From Rhodothermales bacterium (GTDB taxonomy: Bacteria; Bacteroidota; Rhodothermia; Rhodothermales; VXPQ01): a stretch of 64,000 nucleotides of DNA. Positions 1 through 9,963 of the stretch are shown here, in pieces. Positions within the stretch are counted from its first letter, which is position 1; each line of letters opens with the position of its first letter. The notes under the pieces are model-generated. The model was not told where the DNA came from. It did not search any database and saw only the letters and a list, made by a program, of their open reading frames with translations. The stretch lies in NCBI GenBank assembly GCA_040904565.1, contig JBBDTI010000075.1, positions 1 through 64,000 of the forward strand, read 5' to 3'. Position numbers and translations under genes: made by a program.

Positions 1-694
1 CCAGCGTTCCGGCGTCGCCCCACCATCCTTCCAGGATGCCGTAGCTGAGACGTCCGGCACGCACGTAGGCGTTGCTCACGTCGCTGATTTCATATTCGCC
101 CCGTTCGCTGGGCTTGAGGTTTCGAATGACGTCGTACACCCCGGGATCGTAGAAGTAAATGCCGGTGACGCAATAATTGCTGGGTGGATCGGCAGGTTTC
201 TCGATGATTTCCACGATGCGGTCGTCCTCGAGGCGAGGCACGCCGTAGCGTTCGGGATCGTGGACTTTCTTAAGGAGGACGCGGGCCCCGGCGCCGTCAC
301 GTTGAAGCTGCCGGTCGAAGGCCTGTACGTCTGCCGTAAGGTCGTCGCTGATGATATTGTCCCCGAGGATCACGACGAAGGGGGCGTCGGCCGTAAAATG
401 CTCGCACAGTCCAAGCGCCTGCGCGATGCCCCCGGGTTCGTCCTGCACCCGAAAGGTGAGGTCCAGTCCGAAGTCCTGCCCGCTTCCGAGCAGGTTGACG
501 ACGTCGCCCATGTGCTCGGGGCTCGTCACGACGGCGACCTCTTCGATGCCGGCCTCTCGCATCCGCATGAGCGGATGAAAAATCATCGGATATCTCCCGA
601 CGGGAAGCAGGTGTTTGTTGGTAACCTTGGTGAGCGGATACAGGCGGCTGCCCGTGCCGCCCGCCAGGACGACGCCTTTCAACGATGAATTCAC
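1..694 (-). CDS. rfbA: Glucose-1-phosphate thymidylyltransferase / sugar-phosphate nucleotidyltransferase; 3' end runs off the window
   Basis: Manual translation (not in the ORF track) from GTG 694 or TTG 682: LKGVVLAGGTGSRLYPLTKVTNKHLLPVG...ILGDNI...IIEKP...VTGIYFY...WWGDAGT. Lies directly downstream of rfbB. Confidence 0.9.
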   Translation of the reverse strand, partial: MNSSLKGVVLAGGTGSRLYPLTKVTNKHLLPVGRYPMIFHPLMRMREAGIEEVAVVTSPEHMGDVVNLLGSGQDFGLDLTFRVQDEPGGIAQALGLCEHFTADAPFVVILGDNIISDDLTADVQAFDRQLQRDGAGARVLLKKVHDPERYGVPRLEDDRIVEIIEKPADPPSNYCVTGIYFYDPGVYDVIRNLKPSERGEYEISDVSNAYVRAGRLSYGILEGWWGDAGTL

Positions 695-738
695 GAGTAG
701 ATCGAGATGGTAAGAGGGTGGATGAAGGTGAGGCGCGC

Positions 739-1830
739 TCAGCCGCGGCCCGCGTACTGCTCGTCGTAATACCTGCGGTACGTATCGTCCAGCACGGCGT
801 CGAGCCACGCCGGATGTTCGAGATACCAATCGACGGTGGATGATAGTCCGGCGTCGAGGTCGTGTCTCGGCTGCCATCCCAGCTCGTGCTGCAGCTTGCC
901 GAAATCCATGGCGTACCGATAATCGTGGCCGGGACGGTCTGCCACGAATTCGATCAGCCTGCGCGACGATCCCGGTTCGCGCTCGAGTGCCCGGTCCACG
1001 ATGTCTAGCAATGTTTCCACGAGATCGATATTCGTACGTTCTGTTCCACCTCCAACGGCATACGTCTCGCCGGTCGTCCCGGCGCGGAGAATCATTTCGA
1101 TCGCCTCGCAGTGGTCTTCCACGAACAGCCAGTCGCGTACGTTCTCGCCCGTGCCGTAGATCGGGATCGACTTTCGGTCCTTGGCGCGCACGAGAACGAG
1201 AGGTATCAGCTTCTCGGGGAATTGAAAGGGGCCGTAGTTGTTCGAGCAGTTGGAGATCACGATCGGAAGGCCGTAGGTGTGATGGTATGCTCGAACGAAA
1301 TGGTCGCTTGAGGCCTTCGACGCCGAATACGGCGATCGCGGGTCATACGGCGTGCGTTCGGAGAACGCGCCGTCGTCGCCCAGGCTTCCGTATACCTCGT
1401 CGGTCGAAATGTGGTAAAAGCGAAATCGATCGGATCCGAGCGCATTCGACGGCCAGGCCTCCCGTGCCGCTTCGAGAAGGGTAACGGTTCCAACCGTATT
1501 GGTGCGGACGAAAGCGAGGGGCGCCTTGATGGACCGGTCTACGTGGCTCTCCGCGGCAAAATGGACGACGGTAGAAAACGTATGTTCTTCAAAGAGCGAC
1601 GCCAGGAGTCCGGCATCCGCTACGTCGCCGTGGACGAACGAATAATTGGCTGCATCCTCGATCGCCGCGAGATTCATCAGGTTACCGGCATAGCTGAGTA
1701 GGTCCAGATTCACGAATTGCACGTCGGGGTACCGGGGCACCACGCGGAGCAGAAAATTGGATCCGATAAAACCGGCTCCCCCGGTCACGAGAACCGACCG
1801 CGGTTCGTGTTGCAGGGGCGCTTCCTTCAT
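739..1830 (-). CDS. rfbB: dTDP-glucose 4,6-dehydratase
   Basis: Motifs VTGGAGFIGSNF, HFAAESHVDRSI, ISTDEVYGSL, YSASKA, NNYGPFQFPEKLIP. Confidence 0.97.
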   Translation of the reverse strand: MKEAPLQHEPRSVLVTGGAGFIGSNFLLRVVPRYPDVQFVNLDLLSYAGNLMNLAAIEDAANYSFVHGDVADAGLLASLFEEHTFSTVVHFAAESHVDRSIKAPLAFVRTNTVGTVTLLEAAREAWPSNALGSDRFRFYHISTDEVYGSLGDDGAFSERTPYDPRSPYSASKASSDHFVRAYHHTYGLPIVISNCSNNYGPFQFPEKLIPLVLVRAKDRKSIPIYGTGENVRDWLFVEDHCEAIEMILRAGTTGETYAVGGGTERTNIDLVETLLDIVDRALEREPGSSRRLIEFVADRPGHDYRYAMDFGKLQHELGWQPRHDLDAGLSSTVDWYLEHPAWLDAVLDDTYRRYYDEQYAGRG

Positions 1831-1942
1831 GGGATCTTCGATGGCGGGGACCTTATCGTGATGGTATAGAACGAAAACCTGTCGGGCGCTTTATAAAGTA
1901 CGCACTCAGACCGGTTCCACAGATGACGAACAGATCGACGTA

Positions 1943-4738
1943 ATGGTACCAGCAAACGAGACGGACGCCGCATTTGATCGCGGCAAGCTTTACCTGCTGG
2001 ATGCGATGGCACTCGCGTATCGCTCCCACTTCGTATTCATCAGCCGTCCCCTCATCAACTCGAAGGGCCAGAACACGTCGGCCGCCTACGGCTTTACGAA
2101 TTCGCTGATGAAATTGATCGAGGACCACGGCATGGCGCACATGGCCGTCGTCTTCGATGTGGTCGGGGAAGACGAAGAGACGTTTCGCGACGAGATGTAC
2201 GAGGAGTACAAGGCGAACCGGAGTCCGATCCCTGAAGACCTCGTAGAGAATCTGCCGTACATCAAGCGCATCGTTCGGGCGCTCGACGTACCGGTGCTCG
2301 AAGTGTCGGGAGTAGAGGCGGACGACGTCATTGGTACGCTGGCGCGTCGGGCGGCCGGTGAAGGGGCGGACGTGGTCATCGTGTCGCCGGACAAAGACTT
2401 TCAGCAGCTGCTCGACCCGCACATCTCCATCTTCAAGCCCGCTCGGCGCGGCGAGCAGTTCGATCCGATCACGGCCGATTCGTTTCGAGAAAAATACGGC
2501 CTCGATCCAGACCAGTTTATCGATATGCTCGCACTTATGGGGGACTCGAGCGACAACGTGCCGGGCGTCCGCGGCATCGGCGAAAAGACGGCGATGAAGC
2601 TGCTCAAGAAATACGGGTCCGTAGAGGAGCTTTTGGAGCACGCCGAGGACATTAAAGGAAAGCGCGCACGTGAAGGCCTGCTCGAGTATCGTGATGAAGC
2701 GCTCCTGAGCAAAAGGCTCGTTACCATTAAGACCGACGTGGACGTCGACGTCGATTGGCATCGGTTTAAGCGGGCGAATCCGGATCGGTCGGAGCTGTTG
2801 ACACTCTTCAAGGAACTTGAATTCAATACCCTTTTCGACAAGGTGCGCACCGGCGAGCTCGTCGGTGCTAACGGTGCGGCCGTTCACGCCGGCGACGACG
2901 GGATCGAAGGCACGGTGGAGACGATGCCTGATGTCGCTTCGTATGACGAGGGAAACGTGGTGTATCATCAGGTTCGCTCGCGTGGCGATCTCGAGGACCT
3001 GGCCGACGTGCTGGGCCGTCAGGATCGGTTCGCGTTCGATACGGAGACGACGTCGACCGACCCCATGTGGGCGTCGCTCGTGGGCATATCGTTTTCATGG
3101 GAGGCCAACGAGGCCTGGTACGTCCCGACGCCCATGCCGGACGGCACGCCGACGGAGGAGGTGATGGAGATCCTGGCACCGGTGTTGGGGAGCGATCGGC
3201 TCAAGATCGGCCAGAATCTGAAATACGACATCGTCACGCTCGAGCGACATGGACTGCGCGTGGAAGGTCCGCTCTTCGATACGATGGTGGCGCATTACCT
3301 CATTGCGCCGGAAGAGCCGCACGGACTCGACGCCCTTTCGCTTCGGCTGCTAAATTACAAGATGGTCCCGATATCCGACCTCATCGGAACGGGGAAGAAC
3401 CAGCGGTCGATGCGCGACGTGTCGGTCGAGGAAGTGTGTCCATATGCCTGCGAGGATGCCGACATCGCCCTGCGGCTCGCGGACGTGTTGAAGGCCGAGC
3501 TCGAGGAGGAAGGCCTTCTCGAGATAGCCGAGGCCATCGAGTTCCCCCTGATTCGGGTACTGGCGGATATGGAGGTGGTCGGGATCAAGGTCGACCCGGC
3601 GATCCTGGACGACATTTCCCAGGAGCTCGAGGCGCAGATCGCGGAACTCGAAGTGGAGATTCACGAGCGGGCCGGTGAGGAATTCAATATTGCGTCGACC
3701 CAGCAGCTCGGTGCCATTCTGTTCGAAAAGCTCGGCCTGCGCGTCGTATCGAAGACGGGTACGGGTGCCCCGTCGACCAAGGAGAGCGTCCTGGAGGAGC
3801 TTTCCACCGAGCACGCGCTTCCCGGTCTCGTGCTCGACTGGCGCAAGCTAACGAAGCTGAAGAGCACCTATGTCGACAGTCTGGGAGATCTCATTCATCC
3901 GGAGACGGGACGCGTCCACACCAGCTACAATCAGACCGTAGCCGCGACCGGCCGGCTTTCGTCCTCGGGGCCGAATCTGCAGAACATCCCCATACGTACC
4001 GATCGCGGCCGGGAGATTCGTAAGGCGTTCGTCGCGGAGGACGGCTGGAAGCTCCTGTCGGCCGATTACGTGCAGATCGAACTCCGCATTCTCGCGTCTA
4101 TGAGCGGCGACGAAGGGCTCAGTGAGGCGTTTCGACGCGGAGAGGACATCCACCGGGCGGCGGCGGCGCGCATCTTCGACATTCCTCCGGAGAACGTCAC
4201 GCGCGACCAGCGCCGCAAGGCGAAGGAAGTAAATTACGGGATACCGTACGGGATCTCGGCATGGGGACTCGCACAACGCCTTCGCTGCACGATGAGCGAG
4301 GCGCAGGAGCTGATTGATACGTATATGCGCTCCTATTCGAGCGTCACCGCGCACATCAACCGTGTCGTCGACGAGGCTCGAAAGAAGGGCTATGTGGAGA
4401 CCATCCTGGGACGCCGGCGTTTCGTGCCGAATATCGATTCACGAAACCGTACGCAGCGATCTTTCGCGGAGCGCGTCGCCGTAAACATGCCCATCCAGGG
4501 GTCGCAGGCGGACATGATCAAGATCGCCATGGTGCGCATCGACGAGCGGCTCCGGGCAGAGGGCCTTCGGACCAGGATGCTGCTTCAGGTGCACGATGAG
4601 CTCGTTTTCGAGGTGCCGGATAAGGAGATCGAGACCGTGCGTGAGCTGGTCCGCGCCGAAATGGTGGAGGCGCTTCCTCTCGACGTTCCCGTGGAAGTCG
4701 ACATGGACTTCGGCGAGAACTGGCTGGACGCGCACTGA
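1943..4738 (+). CDS. polA: DNA polymerase I (5'-3' exonuclease, 3'-5' exonuclease and polymerase domains)
   Basis: 931 aa. Motifs EADDVIGTLA, GDSSDNVPGV, FDTETT (ExoI), TGRLSS, ADYVQIELR, AKEVNYGIPYG, QVHDEL. Confidence 0.98.
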   Translation: MVPANETDAAFDRGKLYLLDAMALAYRSHFVFISRPLINSKGQNTSAAYGFTNSLMKLIEDHGMAHMAVVFDVVGEDEETFRDEMYEEYKANRSPIPEDLVENLPYIKRIVRALDVPVLEVSGVEADDVIGTLARRAAGEGADVVIVSPDKDFQQLLDPHISIFKPARRGEQFDPITADSFREKYGLDPDQFIDMLALMGDSSDNVPGVRGIGEKTAMKLLKKYGSVEELLEHAEDIKGKRAREGLLEYRDEALLSKRLVTIKTDVDVDVDWHRFKRANPDRSELLTLFKELEFNTLFDKVRTGELVGANGAAVHAGDDGIEGTVETMPDVASYDEGNVVYHQVRSRGDLEDLADVLGRQDRFAFDTETTSTDPMWASLVGISFSWEANEAWYVPTPMPDGTPTEEVMEILAPVLGSDRLKIGQNLKYDIVTLERHGLRVEGPLFDTMVAHYLIAPEEPHGLDALSLRLLNYKMVPISDLIGTGKNQRSMRDVSVEEVCPYACEDADIALRLADVLKAELEEEGLLEIAEAIEFPLIRVLADMEVVGIKVDPAILDDISQELEAQIAELEVEIHERAGEEFNIASTQQLGAILFEKLGLRVVSKTGTGAPSTKESVLEELSTEHALPGLVLDWRKLTKLKSTYVDSLGDLIHPETGRVHTSYNQTVAATGRLSSSGPNLQNIPIRTDRGREIRKAFVAEDGWKLLSADYVQIELRILASMSGDEGLSEAFRRGEDIHRAAAARIFDIPPENVTRDQRRKAKEVNYGIPYGISAWGLAQRLRCTMSEAQELIDTYMRSYSSVTAHINRVVDEARKKGYVETILGRRRFVPNIDSRNRTQRSFAERVAVNMPIQGSQADMIKIAMVRIDERLRAEGLRTRMLLQVHDELVFEVPDKEIETVRELVRAEMVEALPLDVPVEVDMDFGENWLDAH

Positions 4739-4844
4739 CGCCACCTCGACCGGACGCCGGTCCCGTCAGGGTCGGCGCGACATATCGTCACGACGGGAAA
4801 AGTTCACTGGGAGCGTTTACAGGGAGAGTTAGCGGGAGAGACGT

Positions 4845-6146
4845 ATGGATGTACCTGGCGGTTACACGTTTGAGGAAGAATCCGGCGGCATCGAGGCATA
4901 CCGGCTCGACGCCAACGACATGCAGGTGCTGCTCCTGCAGGAAGCGGCCGCCCCGGTGGCTACCTTCATGGTAACCTACCGCGTCGGCAGTCGAAATGAA
5001 TCGTTGGGTCTCACCGGGGCCACGCATTTTCTCGAGCACCTGATGTTTAAGGGTACGAAGCGGTTCAACAAGCGTACCGGTACGTCCGTCTTCAACGTGC
5101 TGCAGCGCGTAGGAGCGCAGGTCAATGCTACCACGTGGCTCGATCGAACCAATTACTTCGAGCTGCTGCCGAAGGAGCATCTCCCGCTTGCTATCGAGGT
5201 GGAAGCGGACCGCATGCGGGGAGCGCTGCTCGATGAACGCGACGTGGAGAGCGAGCGAACCGTCATACTTAACGAGCTGGATCGCGGCGAGAACGACCCG
5301 TCACGCAAGCTCTATCACGCGCTGTGGAGCGCCGCGTTCGTGGCCCATCCTTACCATCATCCCACGATCGGGTGGCGCAGCGACGTGGAACACGTAACGC
5401 CTGACGGACTCCGGCATTTCTACGATACGTTTTACTGGCCGGATAATGCCACGGTGAGCGTGATTGGCGATTTCGACAAGGACGACGTGCTTGCGCTGCT
5501 GAAAAAACATTTCGGGACGATCCGTCGCTCCGGTGACCGCGTAAGGCCCGCCGTACATACGGTGGAGCCCGCCCAGCAAGGCGAGCGGCGCGTGACGGTC
5601 CGCCAGCCGGGTGAGCTGGGTGCCGTCATGATCGGTTTCAAGTCGCCGGCGGGGTTGGAGGTTGATACGGATGCCCTCGACGTGCTGTCCGTCGTACTGG
5701 CATCGGGAAAGAGCAGCCGCCTGTATCGGGCATTGACGGATCACGGTCTTACGACGCATCTTTTCGGTGGAACGTCGCGCTTTCGGGACCCGGGATTGAC
5801 GTATTTCTTCGCCATGCTGGCCCCGAACCGAACGCACGAAGAAGTGGAAGACGCCATGTATGCCGTCATCGACGACATACAGCGGAACGGAATCACGGAC
5901 GAGGAGCTCCAGCGAGCAAAGAATCAGCGGCGCGCGCAGGAAGCGTTCGGCCGCGACGGTCCGTTCGCGATTGCGTCTCAGCTGAATGAGGCTATCGCGG
6001 CAGGGGACTGGACGCTCTACACGAAAATCCGGGAACGGATCGATCGCGTCACGTGTGAAGACGTGCAACGAGTGGCGTGCGAATACCTCGTCGAAGATGC
6101 CCGCACCGTCGGCTACTACGTACCCATAACCGCATCCGCCGAATGA
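4845..6146 (+). CDS. M16 (pitrilysin) family zinc peptidase, catalytic subunit
   Basis: YRVGSRNE, inverted zinc motif HFLEH followed by LMFKGT, NATTWLDRTNY, HPYHHPTIGW. Confidence 0.93.
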   Translation: MDVPGGYTFEEESGGIEAYRLDANDMQVLLLQEAAAPVATFMVTYRVGSRNESLGLTGATHFLEHLMFKGTKRFNKRTGTSVFNVLQRVGAQVNATTWLDRTNYFELLPKEHLPLAIEVEADRMRGALLDERDVESERTVILNELDRGENDPSRKLYHALWSAAFVAHPYHHPTIGWRSDVEHVTPDGLRHFYDTFYWPDNATVSVIGDFDKDDVLALLKKHFGTIRRSGDRVRPAVHTVEPAQQGERRVTVRQPGELGAVMIGFKSPAGLEVDTDALDVLSVVLASGKSSRLYRALTDHGLTTHLFGGTSRFRDPGLTYFFAMLAPNRTHEEVEDAMYAVIDDIQRNGITDEELQRAKNQRRAQEAFGRDGPFAIASQLNEAIAAGDWTLYTKIRERIDRVTCEDVQRVACEYLVEDARTVGYYVPITASAE

Positions 6147-7447
6147 GTCGTACCAGCGTGACAGAACATTCCAACCTGGATACCTTCGAAGAGCGCGTGC
6201 TGGAGCGCCGTGTCGGTCCGTGCAGGCTGATCATGCTGCCCACGCCCGTGCAGTCGGTCGTAACCTGGCGCGGCTCGTTCATGAGCTATCCTGATCTTGA
6301 CGCCGATGAGGACCTCTTGCAGAACGTGGTCGTGTCGCTGCTGGATAAAGGGACGCGTCGCCGCGATCGGTTCGCGATAGCCGAGCTACTCGAAAACAAG
6401 GGTGCTCAGGTTCAGTTCTCGTCGGACGGCCTTTACGTCGATGTATCCGGACGAGCCCTCCGGGAGGACGTGCCGGACGTGCTCGGCCTCGTTGCCGAGC
6501 AACTTCGCGAACCGCTGTTCGGTGAAACGGAAGTAGAGAAAGCGAAGGCACGAATCGGTGCGTCCTTACGGCGTTCGATGGAAAAAACGGGCTCTCAGGC
6601 GTCCGGTGCGCTGACGCGTCAGATCTATTCCATCTCGCATCCGAACTACACCCCGGATCCGGCGGAGCGGCTGGCCCGCCTCGAATCTATCGGCCCGGAA
6701 GATGTCGTGCAGTACCACCAGCGCCATTTCGGGGGGAATGCGTTTACGCTCGCCGTCGTCGGCGATCTGGATCCTGACGAGATCGTCGAGTCCGTTCGAA
6801 AGCATTTCAGCGGTTGGAAGGAGCACGACGCGCCGCCGGCCTTTTCGGCATCGGCGGGTCCGTGTCGCGACGGGCGCACCGTCGTATCCATGCCCGGCAA
6901 GCAAAACGTCGACGTGCGTATGGGGCATCCCGTGTCGTTTCGGCGTGACGATCCCGAGTACATTCCCGTCTATCTCGCGAATTACGTTCTCGGCGGTAAT
7001 TTTTCGGCTCGACTGATGCAGACGATCCGCGATGAGATGGGCCTCACCTACGGCATCAGGTCCGGCCTGTACGGGATTACGGCGCAGTACGAAGGTCACT
7101 GGCAGGTTGCCGTCACGCTGTCCCTGGAGAACGTGGAGCGGGGTATTGAGGAGACGTTACGCGAGGTACGTACGTTCGTCGACGAGGGCCCCTCGGCAGA
7201 GGAGCTGGCCGACAAGAAGACGACCGTGATCGGATCGTTCAAGGTCGGGCTTGCTACGACGTCGGGCCTGGCCTCCTCGCTTCTTAAGAACGCGGAGCGT
7301 GGATTCGACGTGGGCTACCTGGATCGTTTTCCAGATGAGGTGAACGGCGTGACGCTTGCCGAAGCGAAAGCCGTTATTGCAAAGCACTTCAACCCCGAGG
7401 CATTTCACGTAGCCGTGGCGGGCGGGATATCGGACGCTACGCGCTGA
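6143..7447 (+). CDS. M16 family peptidase, non-catalytic partner subunit
   Basis: ATGA overlap with the upstream stop. Lacks HxxEH but has LGGNFSARLMQTIRDEMGLTYGI (R/Y motif of M16B partner subunits). Confidence 0.88.
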   Translation: MSRTSVTEHSNLDTFEERVLERRVGPCRLIMLPTPVQSVVTWRGSFMSYPDLDADEDLLQNVVVSLLDKGTRRRDRFAIAELLENKGAQVQFSSDGLYVDVSGRALREDVPDVLGLVAEQLREPLFGETEVEKAKARIGASLRRSMEKTGSQASGALTRQIYSISHPNYTPDPAERLARLESIGPEDVVQYHQRHFGGNAFTLAVVGDLDPDEIVESVRKHFSGWKEHDAPPAFSASAGPCRDGRTVVSMPGKQNVDVRMGHPVSFRRDDPEYIPVYLANYVLGGNFSARLMQTIRDEMGLTYGIRSGLYGITAQYEGHWQVAVTLSLENVERGIEETLREVRTFVDEGPSAEELADKKTTVIGSFKVGLATTSGLASSLLKNAERGFDVGYLDRFPDEVNGVTLAEAKAVIAKHFNPEAFHVAVAGGISDATR

Positions 7448-7862
7448 GTGACTGGATGTTGAGCCAGCGAGTGAGCATGTCGACGAGCAGTTCTTTGCGC
7501 AGCGGCTTGATAAGGCAATCGTCCATTCCTCGACGAATGGAGTAGCTGCGATCGCTGGGGAGGGCAAATGCCGTGACGCCGATGATAGGGACGCGCCGCC
7601 GGCTGCCCTGGGCGTGCTCGATATTTCGGATCATCTCCGTTGCCTCGAATCCGTCGATTCCGGGCATCTTGAAGTCCATCAGCACGAGGTCGAACTCATT
7701 CGCTCCGAATGCCTCGACGGCTTGAAATCCCGTAGAGACACAGGTCACTCTGCAGCCAATCATCTCGAGCAGCAATTTGCTCAGACGCTGGTTGATGGAA
7801 CTGTCTTCAGCAACGAGAACTCTGACCCCATCGTACCGCCTGGGGCGTATGTCCTGAATCAT
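7437..7862 (-). CDS. Single-domain response regulator (receiver only)
   Basis: VLVAEDS...FDLVLMDFKMPGIDGFE...IIGVTA...IKP. Start placed at ATG 7862 rather than the longer ORF-track start. Confidence 0.85.
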   Translation of the reverse strand: MIQDIRPRRYDGVRVLVAEDSSINQRLSKLLLEMIGCRVTCVSTGFQAVEAFGANEFDLVLMDFKMPGIDGFEATEMIRNIEHAQGSRRRVPIIGVTAFALPSDRSYSIRRGMDDCLIKPLRKELLVDMLTRWLNIQSLSA

Positions 7863-8080
7863 GTTCGCGGGGATGCTCCTGGATCGCAATAGACTGTCCG
7901 AGCGCGGCGTGTGCCCATCCGGTTTGACGTACCGGCTCACGTGCGGAAAGTCATTGTACAACGACCGTGCCGATCGGAATGCAGCCAGGAAAACGGCGGA
8001 CGATGGATTGAAACCGGTCAAATTGAACCTTCGGGCGGACAATACTACCGTCGGCCATTTCGGGAGTCGACCGGGGACGC

Positions 8081-8275
8081 TTACGCTTCCGGCAAGACGA
8101 GCCAGAGAACGAGGTAGACGAGAAGACCGGGAAATGCCGCCGAGAGCACGCTGAGGAGGACGAAGACGACGCGAACCAACGTCGAATCCACGTCGAAAAA
8201 CTCGGCGAGTCCACCACAGACGCCGGCGATCATTCGGTCGCTGACCGAACGTGTAAGTCGATTCGATGTGGACAT
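8081..8275 (-). CDS. pspC: Small PspC-domain membrane protein
   Basis: RLTRSVSDRMIAGVCGGLAEFFDVDSTLVR followed by a hydrophobic helix ending LWLVLPE. Confidence 0.9.
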   Translation of the reverse strand: MSTSNRLTRSVSDRMIAGVCGGLAEFFDVDSTLVRVVFVLLSVLSAAFPGLLVYLVLWLVLPEA

Positions 8276-8285
8276 GGCTTCCATG

Positions 8286-8954
8286 CTAATCTTTGATAAT
8301 CGTCACTCTTGCTTCCTGTGTACGTTCCTCGGGATCGGGCATCACGATCGCGAGGATGATGTATGCCAGGATAAGCGGTGGACCACCTGAGGCGACCAAT
8401 CCGACAACGAATGCGATTCGCACCAGTGTTGGATCGATGGAGAAGTATTCGGCGATTCCTGCAGCGACGCCCGATATCTTCTTATTCCGTGAGCGAGTCA
8501 ATCGCTTCTTCTTATCGTTCTCGCCCGACTGCTCCTCGACGAGGATCGTCTCTTCACCGCTCGGCGACTCGACCGCTTTCTTGATCTTCCGTTTCTTCTT
8601 TTTAGGTCGCCAGGAGAGAACGCCAAATCCAAGAAGGATGATGAGGATGCCGGCGAGCCAGGGGAGCATTTCGGCGAGCATGCTAACGTCGAAGCCGTTC
8701 CACATCCCCAATTCCTGGAAGATGTAGGCAACGCCGACGACGATGAGGGACAGCCCGGCTATCGTGGGCAAGTTCCAGAAGCCTTTCTCGCCATCGGAAC
8801 TCTCCTCAAAGAGAAGACGCTCGAGTTCTTCGTCCGACATAGACTCCAGGTCGAGCGACGCGAACTCATTCCGGAGAAGGGTTGACGACTCCTGTTCGGT
8901 CTCTGCCTGGTCCTTTGCCTGGTTTCCTGCCTGGCGCTGTGAGCGGCTCTTCAT
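8286..8954 (-). CDS. PspC-domain protein with an N-terminal two-helix membrane domain
   Basis: C-terminal RLTRSRNKKISGVAAGIAEYFSIDPTLVR...YIILAIVMP. Two N-terminal transmembrane segments (AGLSLIVVGVAYIF; WLAGILIILLGFGVL). Confidence 0.85.
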   Translation of the reverse strand: MKSRSQRQAGNQAKDQAETEQESSTLLRNEFASLDLESMSDEELERLLFEESSDGEKGFWNLPTIAGLSLIVVGVAYIFQELGMWNGFDVSMLAEMLPWLAGILIILLGFGVLSWRPKKKKRKIKKAVESPSGEETILVEEQSGENDKKKRLTRSRNKKISGVAAGIAEYFSIDPTLVRIAFVVGLVASGGPPLILAYIILAIVMPDPEERTQEARVTIIKD

Positions 8955-8992
8955 GCGGACGTAGATAGCTGGACGAAAATCTAATTTTATAC

Positions 8993-9018
8993 TACGTCGC
9001 GGATTAGTACAGGTTACA
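8993..9018 (-). promoter_or_regulatory. Putative ECF sigma (SigW/SigX/SigM-like) promoter for the pspC genes
   Basis: Minus strand reads TGTAAC-N16-CGTA, about 40 bp upstream of the 8954 start. Confidence 0.6.
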
Positions 9019-9640
9019 TATCTCGCAACTTCAGCGTCTCTTTTTCGGTAATGATGATGTCGACCGGGATGTCGTGCGATTCATACGGAACGGCATCGAC
9101 GAGGCACGAGTGATAGACGAGACAGATCTTCGGGACGTCGATCCCTGCAAGAAAGTGGTCGTAATAGCCGCGGCCGTGGCCGATTCGGTGGCCGTTACGA
9201 CCGGCGCCCAGCGCGGGCACGATCACCGCATCGAGGTCGCGGACGTCGATACGTTCTCCTCGAGCGGGCTCCGAGATGCCCCATCGGTTCGTTCGCAACG
9301 CATCCGCACCATGGTATCGGACGTGAATCATGTCGGGCGGCGATCCGGACTCGAAGCGTTCGACGACGGGGAGGACGATGCGCTTGTCGTCCGATTCAAG
9401 GGTCGACACGAGCGGTCGCGTATCCACTTCACGCTGCTTCGTCAGCGGCCAATACACGTGGACGGTCGACGCGGTTTGCAGCTCGTCGAGTGCCGCCGTG
9501 CGATCGATTATTGCGCGGCTCAGCTCGCGATAGTCCGAATCATCGAGCGAACGCCGATACCGCCTGAAACGTTTGCGGAACGAGGCTTTCCGCCGCGACG
9601 GATCCTCCGCGCTGCCGTACGTGGTGCCGCCTTCTCTCAT
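9014..9640 (-). CDS. ygfA: 5-formyltetrahydrofolate cyclo-ligase
   Basis: EVDTRPL, NRWGISEP, VIVPALG, RIGHGRGYYD, HDIPVDIIITE. Start placed at ATG 9640. Confidence 0.92.
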   Translation of the reverse strand: MREGGTTYGSAEDPSRRKASFRKRFRRYRRSLDDSDYRELSRAIIDRTAALDELQTASTVHVYWPLTKQREVDTRPLVSTLESDDKRIVLPVVERFESGSPPDMIHVRYHGADALRTNRWGISEPARGERIDVRDLDAVIVPALGAGRNGHRIGHGRGYYDHFLAGIDVPKICLVYHSCLVDAVPYESHDIPVDIIITEKETLKLRDM

Positions 9641-9863
9641 GATCGATCGAGGTGGTGATCCGCCGCGAGGCCGCGTCCGAGGACATCCTTCCGGTACGTT
9701 ATGTGGTCTCCACGTGAAAAAACGGGTAGGAAGCGAAAATCGGGGGCAATAGGGAAGCTCTGGTGGATCATGGCTTGAAACTGGAGCGTACTCGAGACGC
9801 ACGTTTTACAGGTGTTGATAGAAGTTGTACGGACGGGACGGGTCATGTGTGCCGGGCTCGGGC

Positions 9864-9892
9864 TTGATCTCGACTGCGCTCAAGCTTATCAT
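9864..9892 (+). promoter_or_regulatory. Putative sigma70 promoter upstream of the ffh leader
   Basis: TTGATC-N17-TATCAT, overlapped by the inverted repeat GCTTGA-N12-TCAAGC. Confidence 0.55.
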
Positions 9893-9963
9893 TACTGTTC
9901 TGCACCGTGCTGCCATGGTGCGCTTAAACCGTACCGTGCCATCGTGCCGCTATCGTACCGTGC

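Noticed and set aside
1889-1898. Palindrome CTTTATAAAG in the rfbB/polA divergent region as an operator
   Set aside because: A single short AT-rich palindrome, probably overlapping -10 elements, matching no box I recognise.
9641-9860. 6S RNA (ssrS) upstream of ygfA, as in many bacteria
   Set aside because: I could not find the long rod with a central bubble on the minus strand by eye. A cmscan would be needed to exclude it.
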